NCBI GenBank assembly: GCA_963848815.1
Contig: CAWKFY010000031.1
Span: 637-64,636 of the forward strand
DNA: 64,000 nt
From: an uncultured Chloroflexia bacterium
GTDB lineage: Bacteria > Chloroflexota > Dehalococcoidia > GIF9 > UBA5629
Direction: 5' to 3'
Position numbers and translations under genes: made by a program. Each line of letters opens with the position of its first letter. The first letter of the stretch is position 1. The notes beneath the pieces are model-generated. The model made no database searches, had not been told where the DNA came from, and worked only from the letters and a program-made list of their open reading frames with translations. This document shows, one piece after another, positions 21,071-31,519 of the stretch.

Positions 21071-22805
21071 TCAAAGTTTATTGAGCTCCCGTGATTCTAC
21101 CAGTGACTTCAAATGGCTCATAAACTCATCGTAGGTCTGCGAGCCCAGGTCTTCGCCGGTGCGTGAACGCACCGACATGGTGTGATTTTCTATCTCCTTA
21201 TCACCCATCACCAGCATGTAGGGTATTTTATTGAGCTGGGCTTCCCTGATCTTCAGATTCATACGTTCCGAGCGGTCGTCCAGCTGAACACGGACATCTT
21301 TAGCCCGCATGTCCTCAAAAATTTTACGTGCGTAATCGTTGTGCCTATCTGCTATCGGGATCAGGACCGCCTGCACGGGCGCCAGCCACAGCGGAAAGGC
21401 CCCGGCATAGTGTTCGGTGAGGCAGGCGAAGAACCTCTCCATGCTGCCCAGCACCGTGCGGTGAATCATTACTACCTGGTGTTCCTGGCCATCTTCGGCA
21501 ACGTAGTTTACGTCAAAACGGTCGGGCAGGTTAAAGTCTACCTGGATAGTCGGCCCCTGCCACAGCCTGCCGAGAGCATCCTTTAGCTTCACATCGATCT
21601 TGGGACCGTAAAAAACCCCTTCGCCGGGATCTACCTCATACTCGATATGAAGGTTTTCCAGTACATTGCGCAGTGCATCGGTAGCCATCTCCCATCTTTC
21701 AAGCTCGCCTGCATACTTTTCGGGACGGGTCGACAGCATCATTTCATATTTATCGAAACCGAAAGTCTTCATCATGAAACGGGCCAGCTCCACCACATCG
21801 GTTACCTCAGCTTCGATCTGGTCGGGCCGGCAGAAGATATGCGCATCATCCTGTGTGAAGCCCCTGACCCTGGCCAGGCCGTGCAATACACCCGACCTTT
21901 CATAGCGGTAAACCGTTCCGAGTTCGGCGTAGCGCAGCGGCAACTGGCGATAGCTGCGCAACTGTGTTTTATACATAAGTATGTGGAAGGGGCAATTCAT
22001 GGGCTTTACCACGTACTCTATCTCATCTATCTCCATCGGCGAGTACATATTCTCACGGTAAAAATCCCAGTGCCCGCTGGTTTCCCACAGATGCACTTTG
22101 GCTATATGGGGAGAATAAACGATATCATAGCCGCGGCGCCTGTGTTCGGCCTTCCAGAAATCTTCGATGAGCTGACGCACCGTTGCTCCTTTGGGGTGCC
22201 AGTAGACCAGACCCGGCCCCGCTTCTTCATGCAGGCTGAAGAGGTCCAGTTCCTTTCCCAGTTTCCTGTGGTCGCGTTTGGCCGCCTCGGCGATCCGCAC
22301 CAGATATTCATCCAACTCTTTCTGGCTTTCGAAGGCAACACCATAGATCCTTTGAAGCATGGGACGTTTCTCATCGCCGCGCCAGTAAGCGCCTGCCACG
22401 CTGGTAAGCTTGAATGCTTTGATATCCTTGGCGGATTTGACATGAGGGCCGCGGCAGAGGTCGGTGAACGTGCCCTGAGTATATAGACGAGACCTTGTCC
22501 GTGCCCAGGTCATTGATCAATTCGATCTTATAAGGTTGCCCGGCAAAAAGCTTCAGGGCCTCCCGGCTGCTGACTTCTCTTCTCTCAAACTTGACGCCTT
22601 CCGCTACTATTTCCTTCATCTTGGCTTCTATGGCCGGCAGGTCATCCATGGTCAGCGTCCTGGGCAGGTCGAAATCGTAATAAAACCCGTCCTCGATAGC
22701 CGGACCGATGCCGAATTTCACGCCAGGGAAGAGAGCTTCCACTGCTTCGGCCATCACGTGGCTGGCAGAATGCCTCATAGTTTCCAATTTATTTTCTTCT
22801 GGCAT
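21071..22805 (-). pseudogene. thrS: threonyl-tRNA synthetase (no N-terminal TGS domain); single frame break near 22,487
   Basis: The N-part reads MPEENKLETMRHSASHVMAEAV...LINDLGTDKVS (frame of ORF 22371-22844). It joins ...LYTQGTFTDLCRGPHV of ORF 21071-22513 only after removing one extra T at about 22,487. Confidence 0.9.
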
Positions 22806-22825
22806 TTTACATTCCTTTCTTGTCC

Positions 22826-22856
22826 AAATAAAAACCCCGCGCATTGTACTGCGGGA
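22826..22856 (-). promoter_or_regulatory. hairpin + U-tract in the thrS leader (possible attenuator/terminator)
   Basis: The minus-strand RNA CCCGCAGUACAAUGCGCGGGGUUUUUAUUU lies about 25 nt upstream of the thrS ATG and downstream of the candidate promoter. Confidence 0.3.
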
Positions 22857-22909
22857 GTTCTACTGAAGTAAATACACGAACGGACATTTAGAGTCGCAAA
22901 CCCGGAGTG

Positions 22910-22938
22910 ATTATATCAGCCATCATACGTCTGCGCAA
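22910..22938 (-). promoter_or_regulatory. candidate thrS promoter TTGCGC-N17-TATAAT
   Basis: On the minus strand, -35 is at 22938-22933 and -10 TATAAT is at 22915-22910. Confidence 0.4.
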
Positions 22939-22967
22939 ATACGGCAGGAGTGACCGGGCCGCCTTTT

Positions 22968-24008
22968 TCAGCTTAATAACGCATCCATATTCACATGCTG
23001 GCTGACCATCTTGGCCATAAGATCTATTTCGGCCGTATTTTTGCTGGTTATGAGCGGAGTCAAGGCTTCTATCTGTTTTGCCGCCTCATAGACCCCGAAG
23101 GGTACGAGCAGGACCGGTATCTTCTTTTCGTCGGCTTTGGCCAGTATATTCTGGGGTGGCAGGATATTGTTGGTAACGACGACTGCCACCGTACTGCCTT
23201 CTTCGAAGGAGGCAAGAAGCATATCGGACCGGTCACCGCTGGTTATCAGCAGATTGTTTTCCCTGCGAAACCGCTCATCGGCGTAAGCGGAGTCCACCGA
23301 CGCCGCGCCTACGAAGATGTTGCTTACACGCCGCTCGAGCCAGTTTTCACCCGCCACCACCCTGGCCAGCAAATACTGTGCCAGGTATTCCATGGAGAAG
23401 AATGTCAGCTGCTCGCTGTAGGGAATTAAACCCAGTATATCGACCCCTTCGTCGCGGATAATAGGCACATAGGTGTTATTAAAGTCCTCTACGTTACGCA
23501 CCTTGTTCAGGATAACGCCGCCGAAATGCAGGTCGGCTATATCCAGATATTTCTTAATGAAAATCACGTTATCCACTATGTAGTTCTCATCGCCGCTAAC
23601 TACGATAACCAGTTTACCTCCCAGGTATTTTGCCAGCGACAGTGCGTTAAGATGGAAAGAAACACCGTACTCGATGCTTTTGCCACCTTCGACAAAAACG
23701 ATATCCTTCCCCTGGCCCGCCTCGGCAGCCATGGCTGTGACACGTTTTTTAGCCCCCTCCTCATCGTATTTAAACCGCAGCTTCAAATGCTCGAAGCCCA
23801 TAGTCATATCCTCCGGATCCCTGCCCAGAGAAAATATATTGGTCATTAAAGCTGCATCGTAGTCCCATATCCTTTTCTTACGGTATACCAGCCGGTCGCC
23901 CAGCGGTTTTATATAGTCAAATGATTTGCCGGCAGACCTGGCCAGGCCGATTATCAAACTGGTCTTGCCTGCACTATAATCCATCGATGCCACAATCAAG
24001 CTTTTCAT
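22968..24008 (-). CDS. P-loop/DRTGG-domain protein resembling the N-terminal regulatory half of phosphotransacetylase
   Basis: 346 aa. The N-terminal nucleotide-binding-like segment is SMDYSAGKTSLIIGLA. There is no PTA catalytic domain. A 4-nt overlap with the upstream acetyl-CoA synthetase gene suggests translational coupling. Confidence 0.6.
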   Translation of the reverse strand: MKSLIVASMDYSAGKTSLIIGLARSAGKSFDYIKPLGDRLVYRKKRIWDYDAALMTNIFSLGRDPEDMTMGFEHLKLRFKYDEEGAKKRVTAMAAEAGQGKDIVFVEGGKSIEYGVSFHLNALSLAKYLGGKLVIVVSGDENYIVDNVIFIKKYLDIADLHFGGVILNKVRNVEDFNNTYVPIIRDEGVDILGLIPYSEQLTFFSMEYLAQYLLARVVAGENWLERRVSNIFVGAASVDSAYADERFRRENNLLITSGDRSDMLLASFEEGSTVAVVVTNNILPPQNILAKADEKKIPVLLVPFGVYEAAKQIEALTPLITSKNTAEIDLMAKMVSQHVNMDALLS

Positions 24009-26122
24009 TGGCCTGCCTCCTGTTTGGAAAGTAATATCCGCACATCCACCGCTTTAACGCCTTCGCCGTGGTCGTAAGCTACCAGCGGATTGATCTCGAT
24101 ATCCGAGATATCTTCGAATTTCGTGATCAGAGTGCCAACCCTCAGTATGACATCCGCCACAGCATCGATATCTTTGCGCTTCTCCCCCCTTACACCCAAT
24201 AAGAGTGGATAAGTCTTAATCTCGCTGATCATTTTAAGAGTCTGGCTGGCGCTTATCGGGAAGGCGCGGAACACTATGTCCTTCATTACTTCGACGTAGA
24301 TGCCGCCCAGACCAAACATCACAATGGGGCCGAAAGACACATCGCGGCGTGCGCCGACGATTGTCTCCACTCCCGGCTTCACTTGTTCGGCAATCTCTAT
24401 CCCATCGATCCGTGCATCCGGCATATAGCGGCGACAGCTCTGGAGAATAGCCTCATAAGCGTCGCTCACCTCATCCCCGTTAAGTATATCCAGTGCTACG
24501 CCGCCCGCATCGCTCTTGTGAATGATATCTCTTGACACCACCTTCATTACTACGGGGTAGCCGATCTTGCCGGCCAGCGTAATGGCTTCATCTATACTAT
24601 GGGAAATCGCGCTCTGAGGCCCGCGAACGCCGATAGCCGCAAGCACCGCCTGCCCCTCGTGGGCCAGCAGAAAGCGCCGGCCCTCCTTTCTTACGACGTC
24701 GATCACTGCTTTGATCGCCTTCTCGTCCACGGCAATGTCTTGAGGAGCATCTATCGGCTCTATCTTGTGGCGGAAATTGCTGTAGACTGCGCCAAGACAT
24801 GACACAGCCTCGAGTACGTCGCCGAAGATAGGTATGCCCAGGTCGTTAAGTTTCTTCACGTTATTTTCTATCTGAATCCCGCCGACAAAGGACATTATCA
24901 GGGGTTTTTTATATTTGCCTGCCGTGAATTCCTGCATCATCTGGTTGGCGAACTGGTCGCTGTCAAAGATTCCCGATTCACATCCCAGGCAAAGAATTGA
25001 ATGAACATTGTTATTGGCCACGGCCGCATCCAGAGATTTCGTGTAGTCCGATGCTGTGGCCTGACCCGTGATGTCGATGGGATTTTTGGAAGAGCCGAAC
25101 TCCGGCACTATTCCGCTAAAGGTTGTTTTCATGTCAGAAAGGTTATCGTATAAATTAACGCCGTATTTTTCGCAGGCGTCGGCGGCCATAACACCCATGC
25201 CTCCTCCATTGGTAATGATCACCGTATTCTCACCGGCGGGCTGCGGTATGTTGGCTACGAACTTGCACCACTCCAGGGCTTCCTCAACGCTCTCGGCCCT
25301 GATCAAGCCGCTCTGCCGGGCAATATCGTCAAAAACCCTATCCTCTCCGGCCAGAGAGCCGGTGTGCGAGGCGGCCGCCAGGGCGCCCCTTTTCGACCTG
25401 CCCGATTTCAATACGATTACGGGTTTTACCCGGGTTACATGTTGGAGCGTTTTAACGAGTTGCTCGCCGTTGGTGACCCCCTCCATATACATCATGATCA
25501 CCTTGGTAGGCCCGCTTGACACGAGATATCCCAAGAGATCGGTTTCGGTTATATCGGCTTTATTGCCGATGGACACTATGGCCGAAAACCCAATCTGCTC
25601 CACCAGCGCCTTTCCCACAATTGCGCCGGCCAGAGCGCCGCTTTGTGAGATAAGGGCCACGGTGCCATTCATCATACCTCCCCTTCCAAAAGTCCCGTTG
25701 AGCTTGGCCGTAGCAGAAAAGATACCGACAATATTGGGGCCAAGTATGCGCATGCCATGCTCGGTGGCATAGCGGACTATCTTTCTCTCCTCGGCCGTAT
25801 TGCCTATTTCCGAAAAACCCGAGGTTATTATGGCTGCGAACCCGACATTGTTGTCGGCGCAATCTTTAATGGCGTCAAATACTTTATCGGCCGGGATAAC
25901 AACTATCGCCAGGTCCACTCCGCCTTTTACTTCGCTTAAGCTTTTAATAGCCGGCAACCCCATCACCTGGCCACCCTTGGGATTGACCGGATATACGCTC
26001 CCCTCGAAACCGCCGGAGACCACATTGTTGAGCACAATATGTCCCAGTTTGAAGGGGTTTTCCGTGGCGCCTATAACAGCTACCGAACGTGGCTCAAATA
26101 GGTATTTTATATCCCGCATCAC
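24005..26122 (-). CDS. ADP-forming acetyl-CoA synthetase (fused alpha/beta, CoA-binding + ATP-grasp)
   Basis: 705 aa. The N-terminus shows CoA-binding and succinyl-CoA-synthetase-like folds (LFEPRSVAVIGATENP and SHTGSLAG with the phosphohistidine motif). The C-terminus is ATP-grasp (YPVVMKVVS..IIHKSDAGGV). Confidence 0.85.
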   Translation of the reverse strand: MMRDIKYLFEPRSVAVIGATENPFKLGHIVLNNVVSGGFEGSVYPVNPKGGQVMGLPAIKSLSEVKGGVDLAIVVIPADKVFDAIKDCADNNVGFAAIITSGFSEIGNTAEERKIVRYATEHGMRILGPNIVGIFSATAKLNGTFGRGGMMNGTVALISQSGALAGAIVGKALVEQIGFSAIVSIGNKADITETDLLGYLVSSGPTKVIMMYMEGVTNGEQLVKTLQHVTRVKPVIVLKSGRSKRGALAAASHTGSLAGEDRVFDDIARQSGLIRAESVEEALEWCKFVANIPQPAGENTVIITNGGGMGVMAADACEKYGVNLYDNLSDMKTTFSGIVPEFGSSKNPIDITGQATASDYTKSLDAAVANNNVHSILCLGCESGIFDSDQFANQMMQEFTAGKYKKPLIMSFVGGIQIENNVKKLNDLGIPIFGDVLEAVSCLGAVYSNFRHKIEPIDAPQDIAVDEKAIKAVIDVVRKEGRRFLLAHEGQAVLAAIGVRGPQSAISHSIDEAITLAGKIGYPVVMKVVSRDIIHKSDAGGVALDILNGDEVSDAYEAILQSCRRYMPDARIDGIEIAEQVKPGVETIVGARRDVSFGPIVMFGLGGIYVEVMKDIVFRAFPISASQTLKMISEIKTYPLLLGVRGEKRKDIDAVADVILRVGTLITKFEDISDIEINPLVAYDHGEGVKAVDVRILLSKQEAGQ

Positions 26123-26186
26123 GCTCCTTGCAGAACCCGTGACTCGTTTTATGCTCTAAATGATTTTATACCTTTTAACACCAATT

Positions 26187-26225
26187 AAAAAACCCCGGCC
26201 GGAATATTCCGGGCCGGGGTTCAAA
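26187..26225 (-). terminator. rho-independent terminator after the SDR gene
   Basis: GC-rich stem CCCCGGCCGG / CCGGGCCGGGG (26193-26219) is flanked by A and T tracts on both sides. Confidence 0.75.
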
Positions 26226-26249
26226 AAACTATTTAAAGCGTGCCTTAAC

Positions 26250-27056
26250 TTAAATAGGATGACCAGGGCTCAGCAGCAATCCGCCGTCGACAATGATCTC
26301 AGCCCCGGTAGTATAGGAGGATGCATCCGAAGCCAGATATATAGCTGCGCCCGCAATTTCATCGGGATCGCCGATACGGCCCATAGGCAAGCATTTTTCA
26401 AGCTCCGCCCTCTGTTTTTTCTGCTCTTCGGGAGACAGATGGAACCAGTGAGAATTCATCATCTTGGTATCGAAGGGGCCGGGTGCGATGGTATTGACGC
26501 GGATATTGCAGGAAGAAAGCTCAGATGCAAAAGCGTTGGTGATCATACGTACGCCAGCCTTGGAGATCGAGTAAACGCTGACTCCGAACTCCGGCTTGAA
26601 CCCATCGACTGAGGCGATATTGATGATGCTGCCGCCCCCCTGGTTCTTCATGATTTTGGCTACGGCCTGGCTCGTGAAATAAAGTCCTCTCATATTTAGG
26701 TTCATGATGGTATCCCAAAGCCGCTCATCCGAGTCCAGCACGCTGAGGGTATTAGGACTGGCGCCGGCATTATTCACCAGGATATCGATTCTGCCGCCCA
26801 GTTTTTCCATAGCAGTATCGACCATTTTCGAAATTTGATCCATTTTGCCGAGATGCGACTGAATGGGAAAAGCCACGCCGCCGAAGGACTTGATTTCCGC
26901 GGCAGTCGCTTCCAGGTCTTCGACCTTGCGGCTGGTAATCGCAACTTTGGCCCCGGCTTTAGCGAACCCCACAGCGATTCCCTTGCCGATGCCGCGGCCG
27001 CCTCCGGTTACAATGGCGGTCTTACCTTTCAGCGAAAATTTAGATAAGTCGAACAT
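26250..27056 (-). CDS. short-chain dehydrogenase/reductase (FabG-like)
   Basis: 268 aa. It has the motif TGGGRGIGKGIA, an NNAG motif and the catalytic YSISKAG. Confidence 0.85.
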   Translation of the reverse strand: MFDLSKFSLKGKTAIVTGGGRGIGKGIAVGFAKAGAKVAITSRKVEDLEATAAEIKSFGGVAFPIQSHLGKMDQISKMVDTAMEKLGGRIDILVNNAGASPNTLSVLDSDERLWDTIMNLNMRGLYFTSQAVAKIMKNQGGGSIINIASVDGFKPEFGVSVYSISKAGVRMITNAFASELSSCNIRVNTIAPGPFDTKMMNSHWFHLSPEEQKKQRAELEKCLPMGRIGDPDEIAGAAIYLASDASSYTTGAEIIVDGGLLLSPGHPI

Positions 27057-27396
27057 ATTGAACCTCCTAATTATTTAGCGCATTAAATATGATGAGACGC
27101 AAAATCAACGAAGTGCCTAAAGCAAGATAATAAGCCAATCCAGGGCTATTTTCAATATAGGGAATATTTTACGTTTTTCTCATTGAAGGAATCAAGGTGT
27201 TATAATCATTTCCGGATACAGTGGGAGAAAGGCAAGCAGACCAAACCCGGATCCCAATAGTTACTTTGTTCAACTGCATGTTATATCTGTTTCCCTTAAA
27301 ACCCGCACCGGCCAACAGTTTACGCCGGCCTGCAACATTAATTGGGGAAACTGCGTTTAAGGTTAATAAGAGCAAGAAGCTTGTGAGGAGGCTGTT

Positions 27397-29058
27397 ATGA
27401 CAGAATATCCATGGTTTAAAAGCTACGATCCCGATGTGCCGCATTCACTGAAACCGTATCCTGACATGACTGTCATCGATCTCCTGGCCGATTTGGTAAA
27501 GCAAAGGCCGGATGAAGCGCTTTCAATTTTTCAGGGCAGGGAGGTTTCGTATCGGGAAGTTGAAGACCACAGCAATGCGCTTGCCCGGGCGCTGATCGCT
27601 GGGGGAGTTAAAAAAGGAGACCGTGTGATCTGCCTTTTTCTCAATTGTCCCCAGAGCCATATAGCTTTTTTCGCAATCTGGAAAGCTGGGGGTATTGTCG
27701 TTCCGCTTAATCCCCTTTACACACCATTTGAGCTGGAACGCTCTATTAAAACCGTGGGCGCTAAGGTAGCTATCGTCCATTCGTTGTGGTACGCAACGAT
27801 CAAGGGCTTACAGAAAAACGCCGGCCTGCAGACCATTATCGCCACGGATATCGATACCTATGGAGTTAAACCGGCAAAGAGGGAGGGTGACTCGGTCAAG
27901 GTCGAGGATGGTGATACATGGTGGAGCAGCCTGCTTGAAAAATACCAGGGTGCAACCCGGCCGGCCGTGGAGGTCAAAAAGGAAGATACATCACTGATCC
28001 TTTTCAGCGGCGGGACTACAGGCGTCCCCAAGGGTGCGATGACCACCCATCACGCCATCATTATTACGGGCAACCAGCACGTCGCATGGTACAAATCGGC
28101 TTTTCCACCCGGCGAAAAAGTGCTGGGCGTGCTGCCGCTTTTCCACGCCTTCGGAGTTTATGTGGCCTTCGGATTTTGCCTGTTGTACCACTGCCCGCAG
28201 GTGCTTATCTTGAACCCGCGTGACATGAAGAACGTGGTAGAGACAATCAGGGACTATAAAATTGTCAGCCTGTCAGCTACCCCCGCCATGTACATAGGCA
28301 TATTGAATTATCCCGACCGCAAACCTGATGATATCCGCTCACTTAAGCTCGTCTCCTCCGGGGCAGCGCCACTGCTGACCGAGACCAAGCTGGAGCTTGA
28401 AAAGCTCATCGATGGTGTTGTCATCGAGGGATTTGGCATGACGGAGACCGCCATAGCCGGAGCGAGTACACCTGTTAAGGGAATATGGAAGCAAGGCTCC
28501 ACGGGCTGTCCTCTGCCGGATGTTATTATGCGCATAGTCGATGTTGAGACCGGCGAGAAAGAGCTCAAGGCCGGGCAAGCAGGAGAGCTGCTTATACAGG
28601 CTCCCAACCTGATGACCGGCTACTGGGACCGGCGGGAGGAATCGGCTGCAGTCCTACGCGATGGATGGCTCTATACTGGCGACGTCGGATATCTCGATGA
28701 CGACGGCTATCTCTTCCTGACCTCGCGCAAGAAGGACCTCATCAAGGTGGGGGGGTTCCAGGTGTGGCCCCGCGAGGTGGAGGAGGTTATAGCCATGCAT
28801 CCCGCAGTTGCAGAGGTGACGGTTGCAGGAGTGCCCGATCCCGTACACGGCGAGGTTGTTAAGGCCTGGGTTGTTTTAAAGGAAGGCCATGAGATAACAG
28901 CCGAGGAGTTGCACAAATTTACCCGGGAGAAACTAACCGGTTATAAGGTACCCAGGTTTATTGAATTCCGCAAGAACCTGCCCAAGACGCTGGTTGGCAA
29001 GGTATTACGCAGGGTACTCCAGGACGAAGAACAGACCAAAACCGCTGGACCCAAGTGA
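27397..29058 (+). CDS. AMP-dependent acyl-CoA synthetase/ligase (long-chain fatty acid type)
   Basis: 553 aa. AMP-binding motifs are present: LFSGGTTGVPKGA, GFGMTET, YTGDVGYLDDDGYLF and KVGGFQVWPREVEE. Confidence 0.88.
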   Translation: MTEYPWFKSYDPDVPHSLKPYPDMTVIDLLADLVKQRPDEALSIFQGREVSYREVEDHSNALARALIAGGVKKGDRVICLFLNCPQSHIAFFAIWKAGGIVVPLNPLYTPFELERSIKTVGAKVAIVHSLWYATIKGLQKNAGLQTIIATDIDTYGVKPAKREGDSVKVEDGDTWWSSLLEKYQGATRPAVEVKKEDTSLILFSGGTTGVPKGAMTTHHAIIITGNQHVAWYKSAFPPGEKVLGVLPLFHAFGVYVAFGFCLLYHCPQVLILNPRDMKNVVETIRDYKIVSLSATPAMYIGILNYPDRKPDDIRSLKLVSSGAAPLLTETKLELEKLIDGVVIEGFGMTETAIAGASTPVKGIWKQGSTGCPLPDVIMRIVDVETGEKELKAGQAGELLIQAPNLMTGYWDRREESAAVLRDGWLYTGDVGYLDDDGYLFLTSRKKDLIKVGGFQVWPREVEEVIAMHPAVAEVTVAGVPDPVHGEVVKAWVVLKEGHEITAEELHKFTREKLTGYKVPRFIEFRKNLPKTLVGKVLRRVLQDEEQTKTAGPK

Positions 29059-29105
29059 CTATGCTGTGATTAGATAACAAACAGCCTCCGAATTTATAAA
29101 TACGA

Positions 29106-29140
29106 ATGCCCGTCCTCAAGGGGACGGGCATTTCCTTCTT
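29106..29140 (+). terminator. rho-independent terminator after the acyl-CoA ligase
   Basis: Stem ATGCCCGTCC / GGGACGGGCAT is followed by TTCCTTCTTT. Confidence 0.7.
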
Positions 29141-29368
29141 TAATCAAATTGTCCCGCCATTCACATTTCCTATCCATCACTGATACCCACTTTATTGAGC
29201 TAAATATAGAGTCTAATAGCAGGCATAAGAAGCATACAATGGTGCGATTAGTAGGGGCCCGCTTTGTCGATGTCGGACAAATGTAGTTGAAGTATTAATA
29301 TGAAAGAAATAGAATAGCCTTAGTTGCGTTTCAAATAGGAAACCGAGGGGCTCTTACCGATGTGAGAG

Positions 29369-31519
29369 GTGAGTAGAAGAGTGCAGTGGGGGATTTCACT
29401 AATAGGAAATCTATATAAGGCCCTTATTATCTGTGTTACTTTTTCCCTTATTTTATCTTTTTCCGCAGGGAGCGTTATTGCTTCAGCGGCTGATTCAAAA
29501 ACAGTAAGAGTGGGAGTATATGAGAATGAACCGAAGATCTTCACCGATGATACGGGTAAAGTTGAAGGTTTCTGGCCTGACCTTATCGAATATATGGCAT
29601 CAAAGGAAGGTTGGAAAATAGAATATAAACAAGGCACATGGTCCGAATGTCTGCAAAGGTTGGCAGATGATGAGATAGACGTAATGCCGGATATGGCCTA
29701 TACGCAAGTACGAACTGGAACTTACGATTTTTCACAGGAGCCGGTCTACACAAGCTGGTCGAGGGTATATACACGAGCAGGAGCAGACATACAATCCATC
29801 CTTGATCTCGAGGGGAAAAAAATTGCGGTACTGAAGGACAGCGTAAATGCGGAAGGCCCCGAGGGAATAAAAGAACTTGCCAAATCTTATAATATCAATT
29901 GTATTTTTATTGAAGCGGATAGCTACACCAGGGTTTTTGAGCTGTTGGCAAGCGGTGAGGCCGATGCAGGGGTTGTAACCAAGGACTTCGGTTATCAAAA
30001 TGAAACCAACTATAACATCTCAAAGAGTGACATCATTTTCCAGCCTATTCTTCTTTATTTCGCATTCCCTAAAAACTCCGGTTTGACACCGTACCTTATC
30101 GAAAGAATCGATACCGATATAAGAACTTTGAAACAAGATAGCCATTCAATCTATTACAAATCACTTGATAAATGGCTTTCAATAAAACCTGCTGAGACTC
30201 CAATAGTTCCCGTTTGGTTGATATGGTCACTGGCGGGCATCGGAGGGCTGGCGGTATTGCTGGCAACAGGAAGCCTAATCCTGAGATCACAGGTTAGGTC
30301 CAGGACGCTGGCGCTCACTGCAGAAATCAACTCGCACAATCGTGCAGAAGCGGCTCTGCTAACTAGCGAAGAGAGGTACCGCAATATTTTCAATAACGCA
30401 GTGGTGGGCATCTTTCAGAGCACACCACAGGGGAGGTTTATCCTCGTTAATCCTGCTTTTGCCCATATGTCTGGCTATGAGTCGCCCACGCAAATGATAG
30501 AGGAAATCAAGGATATCGCGCAGCAATTCTATGCCCGTCCTGAAGAACGCGTCAGATTCAAGGACCTGCTAAACGATCCGGGTATATTGAGCAATTATGA
30601 AATGCAGATCAAGCGACGCGACGGCGACACCGTATGGATTTCCATAAACGCCAGGTCTATCAGAGACAGGAAAGGCGAGATAACACATTATGATGGCAAT
30701 GTTATGGATATCACTGAGCGTAAAAGGGCTGAAGATGAACTGTCCAAATATCGTGACAAGCTGGAAGACCTGGTCAAAGACCGCACCGCCGAATTGGCAA
30801 TAGCCAAAGAGCATGCCGAGTCGGCTGACCGGCTCAAGTCGGCATTTCTGGCTACCATGTCTCATGAGTTGCGAACGCCCCTCAATTCCATCATCGGTTT
30901 CACAGGAGTCCTGCAGCAGGAGTTGGTCGGCCCTCTTAATGAAGAACAGAAAAAGCAGATGGGAATAATACGCAGCAGCTCTTCACATCTGCTCAACCTG
31001 ATAAACGACGTTTTGGATATCTCGAAAATCGAAGCCGGCCAATTAACGGTCGCTCAGGAGCCCTGTGATCTGCGGGCAGCGATCGAAAAAGTTACCGGGA
31101 ACATGCGGCCGCTCGCAGGGAAAAAAGGCCTTGTCCTGGAAGTTGTGATCGCCCCGGAGGTCGGGATGATCACGAGTGATCAAAGGCGGGTGGAGCAGGT
31201 TATATATAACCTCATAAGCAATGCTATCAAGTTCACCGAGAAGGGCAGTGTCCGCGTTGAGTGTTCCCTGCAAGGAGATGAGGCTGTAACCCGTATCATA
31301 GATACAGGAATCGGGATCAAGGATAAAGATATGGGCCAGCTATTCAAACCCTTCCACCAGATCGATAGCGGCATGGTCAGGCAATATGAAGGTACCGGGC
31401 TGGGACTTTCGATATGCAGTAAAATCCTGGATCTGCTGGGCGGCAGGATCTGGGTTGAAAGCGAATGGGGAAAGGGCAGCATCTTCAGTTTCGCTCTCCC
31501 CTTGGAAAGGAGAAAATGA
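29369..31519 (+). CDS. sensor histidine kinase: periplasmic solute-binding (SBP type 3-like) domain, TM, PAS, HisKA, HATPase_c
   Basis: 716 aa with a GTG start and a signal/TM segment. The H-box is MSHELRTPLNSI. N, G1 and G2 boxes are present (NLISNAIKFT, DTGIGI, GTGLGLSI). Confidence 0.88.
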   Translation: MSRRVQWGISLIGNLYKALIICVTFSLILSFSAGSVIASAADSKTVRVGVYENEPKIFTDDTGKVEGFWPDLIEYMASKEGWKIEYKQGTWSECLQRLADDEIDVMPDMAYTQVRTGTYDFSQEPVYTSWSRVYTRAGADIQSILDLEGKKIAVLKDSVNAEGPEGIKELAKSYNINCIFIEADSYTRVFELLASGEADAGVVTKDFGYQNETNYNISKSDIIFQPILLYFAFPKNSGLTPYLIERIDTDIRTLKQDSHSIYYKSLDKWLSIKPAETPIVPVWLIWSLAGIGGLAVLLATGSLILRSQVRSRTLALTAEINSHNRAEAALLTSEERYRNIFNNAVVGIFQSTPQGRFILVNPAFAHMSGYESPTQMIEEIKDIAQQFYARPEERVRFKDLLNDPGILSNYEMQIKRRDGDTVWISINARSIRDRKGEITHYDGNVMDITERKRAEDELSKYRDKLEDLVKDRTAELAIAKEHAESADRLKSAFLATMSHELRTPLNSIIGFTGVLQQELVGPLNEEQKKQMGIIRSSSSHLLNLINDVLDISKIEAGQLTVAQEPCDLRAAIEKVTGNMRPLAGKKGLVLEVVIAPEVGMITSDQRRVEQVIYNLISNAIKFTEKGSVRVECSLQGDEAVTRIIDTGIGIKDKDMGQLFKPFHQIDSGMVRQYEGTGLGLSICSKILDLLGGRIWVESEWGKGSIFSFALPLERRK

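Noticed and set aside
27190-27396. ~200-nt untranslated region between a TG-extended TATAAT (about 27,214) and the acyl-CoA ligase start, as a possible riboswitch
   Set aside because: I found no recognisable riboswitch core and no convincing terminator/antiterminator alternative. It needs an Rfam scan before any claim.
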